NCBI RefSeq assembly: GCF_004010195.1
Contig: NC_057749.1
Coordinates: forward strand, 22,763,886 to 22,827,885
DNA: 64,000 nucleotides
Source of the DNA: Chiloscyllium plagiosum
Lineage: Eukaryota
Reading direction: 5' to 3'
Made by a program: the position numbers and the translations under genes. Shown in pieces: positions 12,374 through 25,250 of this stretch; position 1 is the first letter of the stretch, and each line of letters opens with the position of its first letter. Under the pieces are notes generated by a model. The model did no database searches. It was not told the DNA's origin and was given only the letters and a program-made list of their open reading frames with translations.

Positions 12374-12842
12374 GAGTCATAGAGATGTACAGAATGAAAC
12401 AGATCCCCCTTTGGTCCAACTCATCCATGCCGATCAGACATTCTAAATTAATCTAAACCCATTTTTCAGCATTTGGCCCACATCCCTCTAAACCCTTCCT
12501 ATTCATATACCCTTCCAGATGCCTTTTAAATGTTGTGATGGTACCAGCCTCCACCACTTCCTCTGGCAGCTCATTCCATACACACACCACCCTCTGCATG
12601 AAAAAGTTACCCCTTACGTCCCTTTTAAATCTTTCCGCTCTCGCCTTAAACCTTCACCCTCTAGTTTTGGACTCCCCCCCCCACCCCGGGGAAAAGACCT
12701 TGTCGATTTACCCTATCCATTGTACAAACTTCTACAAGGTCACCTCTCATCCTCTGACACTCCAGGAAAATAGCCCCAGCCTGTTCAGCCTCTCCATACC
12801 CTGACAATATCTTTGTTAATCTTTTCTGAACCCTTTCAGGTT
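12374..12842 (-). mobile_element. CR1/HER1 3' fragment
   Basis: agagtcatagagatgtacag tail, gccttttaaatgttg, accagcctccaccacttcctctggcagctcattcca. Confidence 0.92.
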
Positions 12843-13364
12843 TAGTGTGCTTACACTTTATCTCCAGACTGCTGCTGCTTGGTGTTTTGTTCCATTACCA
12901 CTCTCCATCATGGGCTGAGCTCCAACACTTCGTGACAACATCCAAATGGTGCACTGGGGTTGTGGGATCACACAAAGGTTTCGGCCACAATCTTCCAAAA
13001 GCTTGAAAATTATCGTGTAAACAGAGGAAACAGCACTTTGTAGATGCAGAGCAGAGCTCACCTCATCTCAGGTCAGGGGAAGTGGCAGCCAGTTTCCCCC
13101 TCAGCTTTGTAAAAGGAGCTGCCCTGGAAGGTGAGTGCCTCCAGCCTGAGGTACTGCTGCCAGTCAGCAGAGTCTGCCTCAGGAACAGGACCATTCACAG
13201 GCATCTGTTCCATCAGGTAGGCTGACTAATTCATGTGAACAAAGGTAGGCCACTCAGCCCTTCAAGCCTGCCCTGCCACTCAAGGAGAACACTAAAAACA
13301 TTCAATCATGCCTTTCAAAAAACTGCTGCACAAAGGACAACAGCCTCCCTGCTCTAAGACTAAC

Positions 13365-13645
13365 AAAGGAAAGAGAGGAAGGAGGGAGGGAGGAGGGAGG
13401 AGGGAGGAGGGAGGAGGGAGTCCTCGGCTGTAATATCTACGTGATCTTGTCCTGGGCTATAAAATCTACGTGATCTTGTCCTGGGCTATAAAATCTACGT
13501 GATCTTGTCCTGGGCTATAAGATCTACATGATCTTGTCCTGGGCTGTTCGATCTACATGATCTTGTCCTGGGGTATAAGATCTATATGATCTTGTCCTGG
13601 GCTATAAGATCTACATGATCTTGTCCTGGGCTGTAATATAAATGT
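13365..13645 (+). repeat. Polypurine (GGAG/GGA) tract followed by a 29-bp minisatellite (atctacgtgatcttgtcctgggctataaa), ~7.5 copies
   Basis: Unit starts at 13435, 13464, 13493 and onward at 29-bp spacing. Confidence 0.95.
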
Positions 13646-13699
13646 GAGTCTCCATCAAAATTGCTGCTGATAATTTGATTTGATTAGCTCTACTCAGGG

Positions 13700-13862
13700 A
13701 CAGGGATTGATAAGCATAATACCAACAATGTGGGTTCGGTCCTCCTTCTCACCATGTCCCCTGGCCTGAGACATAATGACCCTCAGGTTAAACCACCACC
13801 AGTTATCCCCTTCTACAATGACAGAGCAGCCCTGCTGTCTGGTAAGACTTTGGTAATTTACA
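13700..13862 (+). mobile_element. tRNA-derived SINE (family with gaccctcaggttaaaccaccacc)
   Basis: Related copies at ~21690-21825 (minus) and ~45170-45335 (plus). Confidence 0.65.
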
Positions 13863-14014
13863 TAGAATACATTGGTTGAGATAGCACCTGCCTTTGTTTT
13901 GCTCTCTGCATAATTATAAAGTGGCGATTGAAGAGGCTGATGCACTAACTTAAGTGCAAAGTTAAAACCACGTACCTAAAGGAAAAGAAATTTCAGAATA
14001 AGAATGGTCTAAAT

Positions 14015-14200
14015 ATGTGTAGGTTAGCTGATTGGCCATGCTAATTGCCCATAGTGTCCATGGATGTACAAATTGGGTGGGTTAGCCATGGGAAATTCCA
14101 GGGATGGGGTGAATCTTAGTTGGATGTTCTTTGGAGGGTTGGTGTGGATTCAATGAAGTGAATGGCCTGCTTCCACACTGTAGAGATTCTATGATTCTAA
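14015..14200 (+). mobile_element. HE1 SINE 3' part
   Basis: gattggccatgctaattgcccatagtgtcc ... ccacactgtagagattctatgattct. Confidence 0.85.
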
Positions 14201-14820
14201 CAGGGCAATAATGATAACTGAGGTAATACCCATGAATCAATGATGGTCATGAAGGAGCCATGAATAATGGCAAGCTATATAGACAGAGTTAACCATATCA
14301 GAACTATATAACCATCATGATAGACAGACACATGTGAGCAGACAGATCTGGAGTGGCCAGCTCGATGATGGTCAGCTGTGCATGTACCCTCTGTGGTCCA
14401 TCTTGATAGCTATCATTATAGCTGCGTGCACAGAATCATTAAAAAAAACGTTCTGTCTTTGGCATTCCTCTCTATGTTTCAGATCGTTATCTGTATTTTT
14501 CTGAGAAGGTTGCTTTGTACCACAGAAAGATTTAATCATTATGCAAGATGGAACAATTCACAGTTGGGTTTAATTTGCAGAATATTACAATTTTACAATG
14601 CTCTGAAATCAAACAGCGCACTCAGTGGAGCTTGCTCGACATTTTTAGAGTACATGTTGTCTGGCTGAAAGATCTGAGTATTAAAAAGAAACGATGGCCC
14701 ATTAGGGCACAAATTCAACTCACATGCCCAGAGCTCGCTGGCACAAATTCAGTAATAACTCCCAAACCCTGGAACAAAACCTTCAACGTACCAAATGTGG
14801 CTATGGCTACTGTGTACACA

Positions 14821-14897
14821 ATGCCTGACCTGCTGTGCTTTTCCAGCGCCACATTTTTCGACTCTGATCTCCAGCATCTGCAGCCCTCACTTTCCCC
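14821..14897 (+). mobile_element. PLE pLTR terminal fragment
   Basis: tgcctgacctgctgtgcttttccagc...ctgatctccagcatctgcagccctcacttt. Confidence 0.8.
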
Positions 14898-14965
14898 ACA
14901 ACCCAATCACTGCCAGGCTTGTGAGAAAAACCTCCACTCAGTGTGAATGCACAATGCTCTATACA

Positions 14966-15285
14966 TCACGGTGGCTCAGTGGTGAGCACTACTGCCTCAC
15001 TGCACTAGGGGAGCTGGGTTCGATTCCAGTCTTGGACAATGGTCTGTGTGGAGTTTGCACATTCTCCCTGTCTCAGTGTGGGTCTCCTCTCACAGTCTAA
15101 AGATGTGCAGATTAGGTGAATTGGCGATGCTAAATTGTCCCATAATGTTCAGGGATGTGTAGATCAGGTGCATTAGTCAGGGGTAAACGTAGGGGAATGG
15201 CTGTGGGTGGGATGCTCTTCGGAGGCTTGGTGTGGTCTTGTTGGGCTGAAGGGCCCGTTTTCACACTATGGGGATTCTATTCTAT
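14966..15285 (+). mobile_element. HE1-type V-SINE, near full length
   Basis: A-box ggtggctcagtggt, B-box ggttcgattcc, V-domain and tail. Confidence 0.92.
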
Positions 15286-16887
15286 CATGGGCCAGTGTTC
15301 TGATCATGGTACTTTTTCCCATGGGGCCATACAGAGTTTTAAGAGAGGCCCACGACTGCAAATGGAATATTTCTCTTCATGCCTCCTGTAGCAGAAACGT
15401 TACGCATTTAAGGCGGGTGCTGAAGCAATTCTCAGCCTGCATGAAGCTCTGCATTTTCAGAAGCCAACTGACGATTTAAACCGTCGTGTAAGCATTTGTG
15501 TTTTGTCATTTCTCGCAGAACCTCTCTCTCTCTCTCCTCGACTCAATGGCCAGCCACAGTAAATTTCCTGTACCATCAGCAAATCGAAAGCCTTACATGC
15601 GTGTTTGCGACACACATGGTGGCAGCAACTGAAAAGTCGAGGAGAGGCGTTCAATTTAATCCGAGCAGTTACAAATAAGATGTGAACCTTTTAGTGTGTC
15701 ATTTGATTAAGTGAGTGGCTGAATGGCCTGTATTTAGACTTGGCCAGTGAATGTCCGGGACCAACCGTTGCAAATTCAATCTGAATTGGTACAAATGGGG
15801 AAAAATTGCTCTCCTGTCATTGATCTGGGCCATACCAGTTCTAAAAACCCCTACCCTTACAACTTCTCTTCCCCCTTCCTCAAACCAAACATCCGTGCTG
15901 TACATCTCTATGACTCTCCGTATCTTCAGGCGACTTTTCACCCCCTTTCTTTTCCACCCAGCATCACTGTTATTTCCTAAGTAACTCCTGGAAGCTTTAC
16001 CCCTCGAAGAAAAAACCAACAGGAATTGAAGCACCTCGGTGCCCACTCAACACACCTCTGTGACTCCACGGTTGAGTACATTAACCATTGACTTGAGAAT
16101 ACGCCCCAAATTAGGGTTTGGTGCCATTCAGCTTAACAGTCTTGTCACTGTCCCATCACAGAATGAACTGCTTCTAAAAATGCGAGAAGCCTATGCAAGG
16201 AACTGAATGAAACCTATTTGCTGCATGCACTGAAACAGATTTCATGCCAGCTGTTTGACAACAGCTCCTTCCTGTCGGCATGGAGATTTTTTTTTTCATC
16301 GGTTTTTGCCCGGAATTAAACCTCCTTGAGCATCGATCATGAAGATGAAAAGTATCCTTTCAATCATCTCAGTACTGTTTGGTCGTGACTGAAACTAGCT
16401 GTGTCACTGGAAAAGGCTGCTGGTACATCGGTTTTACTCAAAATGAAAATGAAGAGGGTTATATTTTCCTATGACTATACAGCAAACTGAACACTGGCTT
16501 CTAAGTTTGGTCATTGACAAGTGGTTTAACTAACAGTTGACAGGAAATTACAAGCAAGTGTGTGCCCCAGTTTTGTTCAATGGCTTCCATTTTGAAAGCT
16601 TTGTATAGCACTGATGGCCATTGTTAGGGTTTGTGTATAGAATTCAGGACTTTGTGTGTATATTGCTGTAAAGGAAGATCGAGTTGCAGGCTCAGCTAGA
16701 GACCTGACAGGAATGTTCGTGTGTGCAGGACCTGGGTGGGGGAATTAACAAGGTGGGTCTGAGTACTAGCAGTGTCCACTGGCCCACTGGGTGCAATGTT
16801 ATATGGATGGAATACAATGTTATCTTCCTTTATCTCTCATCTCTTCTCTTGGTCAGACCAAGAAGTATAGTTGACATTATCAAACCC

Positions 16888-17097
16888 AAACAAAAACAGA
16901 AAGTGCTGGAGAAACTCAGCAGGTCCGGCAGTGTCTGTGGAGAGAGAGAAAAGTTTTGAATCCAGTGACCCCTTCTTCAGGAAGTAACAACTCACAGGAC
17001 TGGAAACTTTAATTCTGTTTTCTCTCCGCAGGTACTGCCAGATCTCCAGTTTCTGTTTTTTGTTCTTTTTAGATCTCTAGCATTCGCAGTTCTTTAT
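16888..17097. mobile_element. Degenerate PLE pLTR fold-back element (family of 61567-62755)
   Basis: aaaacagaaagtgctggagaaactcagcaggtc...ccagtgaccccttcttcag followed by an inverted arm. Confidence 0.7.
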
Positions 17098-17277
17098 TTT
17101 AATATTTTTCTGCTGCTGCAGATTTGCTGTTTAAAAACTTCATGTCTGGACAGTAAGTTTTCTGTATGATGATTCTATCTTTCCCTCTCCAGAAAAAGGC
17201 CTCAGCAGATTGCTCCCTGATCTGAAGCAGGTTCATACCAAGCAGTCTGAGTCCTGGTATTATCTGCATCTGTGTTC

Positions 17278-17710
17278 TTGATTTGATTTGATCTATTATT
17301 GTCACATGTATCTAGATACTGTGCAGTACAGGCAGATCACACCACACAAAGATCATTGAACGGAGCGAGGCATACAAAGTTATAGCTGCAGAGAAGGTGC
17401 ACGAAACGCAAGATCAACATTAGATTTGAAATGTGAGAGGTCCGTTGAGAGGTCTAATATCAGCGGGGAAGAAGCTGTTCTTGAGCCTGTTTAAGCTTTT
17501 GTACCTTCTGCCTGACTGAAGAGGTTATAACCGGATGGGAGGGCTCTTTAATGATGTTGGCTGCCTTCCCGAGGCAGTGGGAAGTGTAGATGGAGTCACT
17601 GGATGGAAGGTTGGCTTGTGTGATGGACTGGGCTGTGTTCGCAACTCTCTGTAGTTTCTTACGGTCCTGGGCAGAGCAGTTGCCATACCACGTGGTGATG
17701 TATCCATTCT
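17278..17710 (-). mobile_element. Older Rex1/Babar LINE 3' fragment
   Basis: (tttga)n tail, tattgtcacatgt, similarity to the 3' end of 22022-22560. Confidence 0.75.
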
Positions 17711-18829
17711 ATTATATAAAACCTTGAGGCACTAACTACACTGCAACAGGCAGTGGTCATGATCTGCATAATACTGTCTGCTGCCTAGTGCTCAGGAGAT
17801 GTAAGGTAGCTTTAAAAATTGCTTTCTCTGCACTTGCACACAGGCTGTGTGAAACATGCAGTCTGAACTTCGGTAAATATAACTGTTGGTAAGGTTCTGA
17901 GTGGACAGCACTGCAGCGACCAGCAGTGTAGTCAGCAGTCAATGAAGTTAGACAATAACTCTTAACCTGCTCACTTAATCTTTGCTTTCTGAGATGTTCC
18001 GACCCGCATCAGCCAATTTTTTCGAGGTGTGAGCAGGTAACAGAGTTTCCGGTTAGGACAAGTTTATTGAGTTCGACACGCTGAAATATGAACTACAACC
18101 ATTCTCGACTTCCCTTTCTCAAATTGAGCTGTCGTTTCAACCTGTCTTAACTTCCCAGAAGCTCAAACCTGGATGCACAGTCATAGCAAAAATAAGGCTT
18201 GAGATGGGAGCTAGTTTGAAAGAACCCATGTCACTTGAATGTAACCCAATTTGCCTGTGACCATACTAAGTTTTCACACATCTCACACACACACACTCCA
18301 ATTTAAAGTGCACTGCAACTAGAAGCACAGTTATTAAAGATAAGAGATCTCACCACAAGACTCAACATACGACAATGTGGGAAACCCCAGTCAACTCGAC
18401 AGATGCCCTTTGACAGTATCATCCGTCTACGATAGCTGGTGAAGTAAATTGCAAATTCAACAACTTTTATTATTTGCTGAACCAAAAGTGATGTGCTCTT
18501 CAGGCACTGGAGATTATGCAGTCATTGGGACTTAACAAAACACACCCTCCGCATGGCACGCAGGAAGCCGAAGACATAAAGATCCTACAAAGCAAAAATG
18601 GTGCCTTGTGAACTAATTCAGCAGAACATTAATCAAATCAGTTGAGGCAATGTGTTGGTATTACAATTAAACATGTAGCGATCAAAATTCTCCCTTTACT
18701 TAGATATTGTCTCGGAAACAAAGGCAGGAAACTTAAAAATATTATGGCCCCCCAAATTCAATGAGGATGGGTTCACTTCTCTGATGTTAAACAGATAACC
18801 ACACTCCAATTTTGTGGGCAAGAAGCAGA

Positions 18830-19120
18830 TAGAGTCATAGAGATGTACAGCACGGAAACAGACCCTTCAGTCCAACTCGTCCATGCTGACCAGATATCCC
18901 AACCCAATGTAGTCCCACCTGCCAGCACCTGGCCCATATCCCTCTAAACTCTTCCTATTCATTTACCCATCCAGATGCCTTTTAAACGTTGTATTTGTAC
19001 CAGCCTCCACCACTTCCCTGGCAGCGCATTCCATACACACACCACACTCTGCGTGAAAAAAGATGTCCCTGAGGTCTCTTTTATAACTATCTCCTGTCAC
19101 CCAAAACCTCTAGTTCTGGA
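18830..19120 (-). mobile_element. CR1/HER1 3' fragment
   Basis: agagtcatagagatgtacagcacggaaacagacccttc tail. Confidence 0.92.
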
Positions 19121-19319
19121 CGATATTCATTACCAGCTGAAAGTGAGTCATCATCATATCCTGTACCTTAAACACACATTAATACAGTGTGCGGAAATAA
19201 TGGGATCTAACAGCCATTGAACTCCCATTTCAATCAGTGGTGTTCAGTCTCAATCATTTGATGCACCCTGAATGATCTTCTATGTTAAGTGAGAAAGCTA
19301 TATTCTCCACTGTTTAAAG

Positions 19320-19490
19320 ATTACTTTCATGGGATGTGGGCTTTGCTGACAACTAGTTGTTCATCCCTAATTTCCCTTTGAACTGAGTGACTTTCTAGGC
19401 CATTCTCAGAGGGCAGTTCAGAGTTGCCCACATTTCTGTGGTTCTGGTTTTCGGGACAGATCTGGTAAAGGTGGTAGGTTTCCTTTCTTT
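19320..19490 (-). mobile_element. tRNA-derived SINE family B, 3' part
   Basis: catgggatgtgggc...catccctaatt...gagggcagtt. Same family as 59681-60011. Confidence 0.7.
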
Positions 19491-19636
19491 TTTAAATATA
19501 TTTTCTGCCCAAGCTGTTCAGAGAGGATATTACACACCTTTGGAGCAGATCCAAACCTTCAATCCAGGCTTCCTAGCTCGGAGGTAGGGACGCCGGCTGA
19601 GGAAGAAACAGTCCAGGCAGCTGGGACTCGGAAATC

Positions 19637-20232
19637 TGTCGGAAACTGAGATAACTCCCGAGAGGCTGGTACCTCATCACCAAGTCAATATTTATTTACA
19701 TATAAACAGTCCTTGACTATGACTGCCTTGTACAGAGACAGGTTTCAGAGGTTCAGTATCTCTGACACTCATCCTTTTTATCTGTCAGCCTGGGCTCCCT
19801 GATTGGACCAGACTAACAGTTCCTATCAGGGAACTCACATTTTAATCATAGAATTCCTATGGTATGGATACAGGCCATTCAGCCCATCAAGTCCAAATTG
19901 ATCCTGTGAACAGCATCTCAACCCAGACCCACCCTATCCCCACAACCCAGCATTTCCTATGGCTAATCCAACTAGCCTGCATATCCCTGGACACTGGACA
20001 ATTTCCAGTGGCCAATCCACCTAACCTGCACTGTTTGGACAGTGGGAGGAAACCGGAGCACCCGGAGGAAACCCACACAAACACGGGGAGAATGTGCAAA
20101 CTCCATACAGACAGTCAGCCGAGGGTGGAATTGAACCCAGTTCCTTGGCGCTGTGTGGCAGCCATGCTAATCACTTATCCACTGTGCCGCCACCTCATAT
20201 TCTATGACTTCCAGCAGGCTGCCCTCATTACA
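19637..20232 (-). mobile_element. Probable short solo LTR split by an HE1 SINE (~19845-20192, minus)
   Basis: TG...ACA ends. Minus-strand CCAAT, TATA-like and AATAAA in LTR order. The SINE is flanked by ctcacatt/ctcatatt. LTR TSD is not clean. Confidence 0.45.
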
Positions 20233-21164
20233 ATCCTACAGACACTAGGTGCCTGTCAGGAGAGGGTCCTGTGGGATCAGTCAGAGATTTTATCTGAATG
20301 TAGAGAAGGGAGTAGCGTGCCTGACATGCATCTGGGACACAATGGCCCCCTCATTGTCTGGAAGCAGCAGAGTGCAGTAAATCATACGGTGGGTAGATTG
20401 GCAGCAGCCATAGAGACCAGGCCCAGCACCATCCAGGGATGCTGGAGATGTGTTACACTCCTACCCTCCATTTCCCAAGCCACTGAGGACTAATAGTATG
20501 GTGAAAGGGGCCAAGGATACTTGACCCCAGACCAGAGCCCCATCCCCAGGAGGAGAGAGGGCAGTGCCAGGAAGCCTCAAGAGGAAGCCCACATACGTCC
20601 CTCAGAGGTCTCCTCTCAAGACACCTTTGAGATGATTGCATAAGGTTCTGGCACATAGTGTGGGTGTCAGATTGGTGTAGCAGACTGCCCTACAGCCAGA
20701 TGTCCACCCCCTATGACCTGACCAGCAAGGAAGCTGCCTTGGTTGCTGATTTGCCAAATGGCACGGCAAGGCATTCACATTGGTAAGCACTAAGTGAGCG
20801 AGCGCTAAGGCAGCAAGCCTGGTCCAATCCGCTAGCCTGGTGTCAGTCCCTTGTATACAAAGTGTTCCTGCTGCAGTCTCCCAATGCTGGCTGTCAATGT
20901 GTCTTCCAGTGCATATCTGTGCTTCCAGAATGCTCAATCAGTGCATCGGAGAGGTGTCAGCATGAAAGGTTGCCAGATGTTGCATGCTGATGTGTGTGGA
21001 GTGTGTGTGTGCATGGCTGGTGCCCATGGATCACACTCTGGGCTAGGGTTTGGCCAATAGCAACATGAAGGTCATTCCGAGTAAGCAGTAAGCTAAATCT
21101 GCCAGGTACCCGCTCTGGTTTCCATGTCAAGTTCTCTCAATGCCAAGCTCATTTGGTAAAATAA

Positions 21165-21612
21165 GAAGCGGATTTCCTTCCCTGAAGGACATTAGTGTGT
21201 CAGATGGCTTTTTCTGACAATCAACAATGACTGCATAGTCATCATTCGACTTTTAATTCCAAATTATTTATTGTAAGGCTATTCTATTCTACTGAAATTC
21301 ACCATAGAGCCTGAGACAGCACTTTCCAAACCCATGATCACTTCTATCTAGAAGGACAAGGGCAGCAAGGTACATGGGAACACCACCATCTTCAAGTTCC
21401 CCTCCAAGCCACTCACCTTGGAAATATATCGCTGTTTCTTCCTGTCACTGGCTCAAAATTCTGGAATTTCCCTCCCTAAGGGCATTATGGGTCTACCTAG
21501 CGCACATGGGATGCAGTGGTTCAAGCAGGCAGCCTACCACTATCTGCTCAAGAGCAACTAGGGATGGGCAATAAATTTTGGCACAACCAACGACTCCCAC
21601 ATCCCACATATG
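21165..21612. mobile_element. SINE family B fragment (minus, to ~21305) abutting second-family LINE 3' end (plus)
   Basis: ttccttccctgaaggacattagtg; ctagaaggacaagggcagca...ctagggatgggcaataaa. Confidence 0.8.
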
Positions 21613-22021
21613 AACTCAAACGGATTTGACTTCAGGACATTAGTTGAGTTTCTTGATGAATTGTACAGCAACAACACCACCACTTGGCCACCAACAGCCC
21701 AAGGTCACCTCACTCAGGCAAGGGAAGAGGTTGAGAAGTAGAGTCCTTCAGCCAGTGCAGGAATTGAACCTACACAGTCGGCATCACTCTGCATCATAAG
21801 CCAGCTTTCCAGCCAACCAAGCTGCCCATCCTCCATAGCAAGTATGATTGGTTCTTTACCGTCAGGCAACAGCCTCCAGCCACTTTGCCTGACCTGATAT
21901 GTCACTGGTGTGAATCTGATATGTCCCTCCAATGCCAAGGAGGCCAATGGCATGAGGTGCATGGGAATGCCACCAGCAAATTCCCCTTCAATTCCCACAC
22001 AATCCTGACTCAGAGCTTTGT

Positions 22022-24240
22022 GGAATTGAATTGAATTGAATTGAATTTATTGTCACGTGTACCGAGGCACAGTGAAAAGCTTTGTCTTGAGAGCACAGAG
22101 TTAAGTAGCATAGATAGTAAATAATAGGCAAACAGCGGCAAAAACAAAAACACAGGTACAGGCGAATGGTAAGAGGTTGAGAGTCCATTCAATATTCTAA
22201 CAACAGTAGGGTAGAAACTGTTATGAAACCAGCTGGTGCGTGTGTTCAGGCTTCTGTACCTTCTCCCCGATGGTAGAGGATGTAGAAAAACATTGCCAGG
22301 GTGAGATGGATGTTTGAGAATGCTGGCGGCCTTTCCTTGACAGCGAGCCTGGTAGATGGATTCTGTAGATGGGAGGTTGGCCTTTGTGATTGTCCGGGCC
22401 GAGTTCACCACTCTCTGTAACCGTCTCCGAACTTGAATGGTACAGTTGCCATAACAGGTAGTGATACATCCAGACAGAATGCTCTCGATGGCGCACGTAT
22501 AAAAATTGGCAAGGATATTCACCATCATGCCAAATTTCCTCAGCTGCCTGAGGAAGAAGAGACATTGTTGGGCCTTTGTAACCAGTGCATCCACGTGAAG
22601 AGTCCAAGAAAGCTTGTTGTGGATGACCACTCTCAGGAGCTTGACACTCTCCACTTGTTCCACCTCTGTGCTGTTACTATGTAGGGGGGCATGAGTAACA
22701 TCCTGCCAAATGTCAATAATGAGTTCCTTGGTTTTGATGGCATTGAGAGCTAGGTTCTCAGTGCGTCATTTTTCCAGATCTTCCACCTTCTGTCTATAGT
22801 CTGTTTCATCGCCATCTGAGATTCGACCAACTATGGTGGTGTCATCAGCGAACCTGTAAATGGCATTAGTCTGGTGTTTGGCGACGCAGTCATGGGTATA
22901 CAGTGAGTACAGTAGAGGGCTGAATATGCACCCCTGGGGGTTTCCAGTGTTGCCTGTTAGTGATGATGAAATATTGTCCCCAGTCTTCACTGATTGTGGC
23001 CTGTGGGTCAGGAAACTGAGGATCCAGTTGCAGAGAGTGGGGCTTAGTCCGAGATCACTAAATTCAGTAATCACTCTCGAGGGGATAATAGTGTTGAAGG
23101 CTGAACTGTAGTCAATGAGTAGGATTCTTATGCAGCTGTTCTTGGTGTCAAGATGTTCTAGGGAGGAGTGAAGGGCAAGTGATATGGCATCTGACATGGA
23201 TTTGTTGGTCTGATAGGCAAATTGGAGTGGGACAAGAGTAGTGGGGAGGCTGGAGTTAATTAATGCCGTGACCAGCCTTTCAAAGCACGTCACGACCACC
23301 GAACTTAGGGCCACTGAGTGGTAGTCATTGAGACATGCTGCATGAGCCTTCTTAGGCACAGGGATGATGTTGGCATCTTAAAACAGGCAGGGACAGTGGC
23401 CTGCTACAGGGAGAGGTTGGAAATGTCCGAGAAGACCTCTGCCAGTTGATCTGTGCATGCTCTGAGTGCACAGCCTGGTACTCTGTCTGGTCCCATCACT
23501 TTCCTTGGATTCACACGAAGGAAAACTGACCTGACTCTGATGCAGTGAGTATTGGGATAGGTTCGTAAGGACTTGTCAGAATAGGTGTTACCTCTCCGCC
23601 GAAATTCTGCTCAAAGTGAGCATTGAAGGCATCGAGATGATCTGGGAGGGGTGTGTCATCGTCTACTATCTTGCACTGTCTCTTTTTAGAACCTGTGATG
23701 TAATTCAGTCCTTGCTGTATTTGCCAGATGTCTGTCTGGGTCTCTAGTTTGGATCGGTATTGGTCCTTGGCTGTCTTAATGGCTCTGCGGAGGTCATACT
23801 TGAATTCCCTATATTTGAGTGGGTCTCCTGATCTGAAGGCCTCACGCCTGGTTTTTAGCAGGTTCTGTATGTCCTGATTCATCCAGAGTTTCCTGTTGGG
23901 GAACACCCGGGTTGACTGCCTCAGTATGCAGTCCTCCACACACTTGCTGATAAATTCTGTGATGGTGGTGGAGTACTTGTCCAAGGTACCTGCAGACTGT
24001 TTGAACATGGTCCAATCAGCCGATTCCAGACAGCACCGGAGTTGATCCTCTGCCTCCTCCGACCAGCACTGGACCTATATCCGCGAGGGGGGTCTCCTGC
24101 TTGAGCTTTTGCCTGTAAGCCGGGAGAAGAAGCACGGCATTGTGGTCGCAGTTCCCAAAATGAGGATGGGAGATGGAGCAGTAGGCCTCTTTCACAGTGG
24201 TGGAGCAGTGGTCTAAAATGTTTGAGCTCCTAATGAGGCA
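22022..24240 (-). mobile_element. Rex1/Babar non-LTR retrotransposon, 5'-truncated ~2.2 kb, frameshifted
   Basis: LNDYHSVAL...FERLV, LQFAYQ, DYSSAFNTIIP, PQGCIFSPLLYSLYTHDC, FADDTT; C-terminal LRQLRKF, LPSGRRYRSL; (gaatt)n tail. Sits inside a second-family LINE (21930-22015 / 24245-24385). Confidence 0.95.
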
Positions 24241-24884
24241 GATTCTATTGGGTCAAAATCCAGGATTTCTCTCCCTAAAGACACTGTGGGTGTAACTACA
24301 TGAGGATGGACTGCAGCAGTTCAATAAGATGCCTCATCATCTCCTCAAAAGCATTGTGGGATGGACAATAAAAACTAGCAATATGACTCACTGGGACTCA
24401 CTGCTAAAGTTGGGACAGGCAAGATCCCTCAGATCTTTGAAGGTGTATTCAGATGTGCACTCGCAATACCAAGACACACAAGGCTATGAGGCCAAGTGCT
24501 GGAGAATGGGATTAGAATAGTTAGGTGGTTGCTTTTCACCAGTACAGCTTTGATGGGCCTTTTTTCTGTGCTGTGGATATCTGTGGCTGTACAGCAACGC
24601 CCACATCCCCAAGGATATTGATAAAAATTATAAGTCTGTACTTGTTCTTCAGACAAACTCAGAAACTGTGCCAGCTCTTCCTAGCAACATAGTATCCTGG
24701 TCCAACTAAAACAATCCGACGGTTTTGCAGGTTATTTCACCGATAATCACGAAACAAACTACCCAATTCGCAACCTCTGGACCATTAGACAGGTACCGTA
24801 AATATTAGATTCCCATTTGATTGTCTGAATACCATTCAAAATGACCCTGAAAGCCACTCATTTAGAAAAGTAATTGAGATTGGG

Positions 24885-25250
24885 ATGGAATCATGGAAAC
24901 CCGAGAGAGCAGGCAGAGGCCAATCAGCCCATTGAGTTTGCATTGACCCTCCGACTGGCATCCTATCCAGACCCAGCCCCCCCCCACCCAATTCCCTTAA
25001 CCTAACGTTTCCCACAGCCAACCCACCTCGCCTGCACATCCCTGAACACTATGGGCAATTTAGCATGGCCAATTCACCGAACCTGCACATCTTCGGACTG
25101 TGGGAGGAAACCGGAACACCCAGAGGAAACCCATTGCAGACACGGGGAGAACGTGAAAACTCTACACAGTCAGTCTTCTGAGGGTGGCATCAATCCCAGG
25201 TCCCTGACTCTGTGAGGCAGCAGTGCTAACCACTGAGCCATCGTGATGCC
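24885..25250 (-). mobile_element. HE1-type V-SINE
   Basis: Reverse A-box (ccactgagcca), V-domain ggactgtgggaggaaaccgg. Confidence 0.92.

Noticed and set aside
13435..13645. 29-bp repeats of CRISPR-like length
   Set aside because: Head-to-tail with no spacers, no cas genes, vertebrate context.
14966..15040. tRNA-like A/B boxes as tRNA genes
   Set aside because: They are SINE heads followed by V-domain and LINE-type tails.
17193..17256. Acceptor-like site followed by KGLSRLLPDLKQVHTKQSES
   Set aside because: Weak donor and unrecognised peptide.
19864..20493. 209-aa ORF
   Set aside because: The first half is antisense HE1 SINE translation; no recognisable domain.
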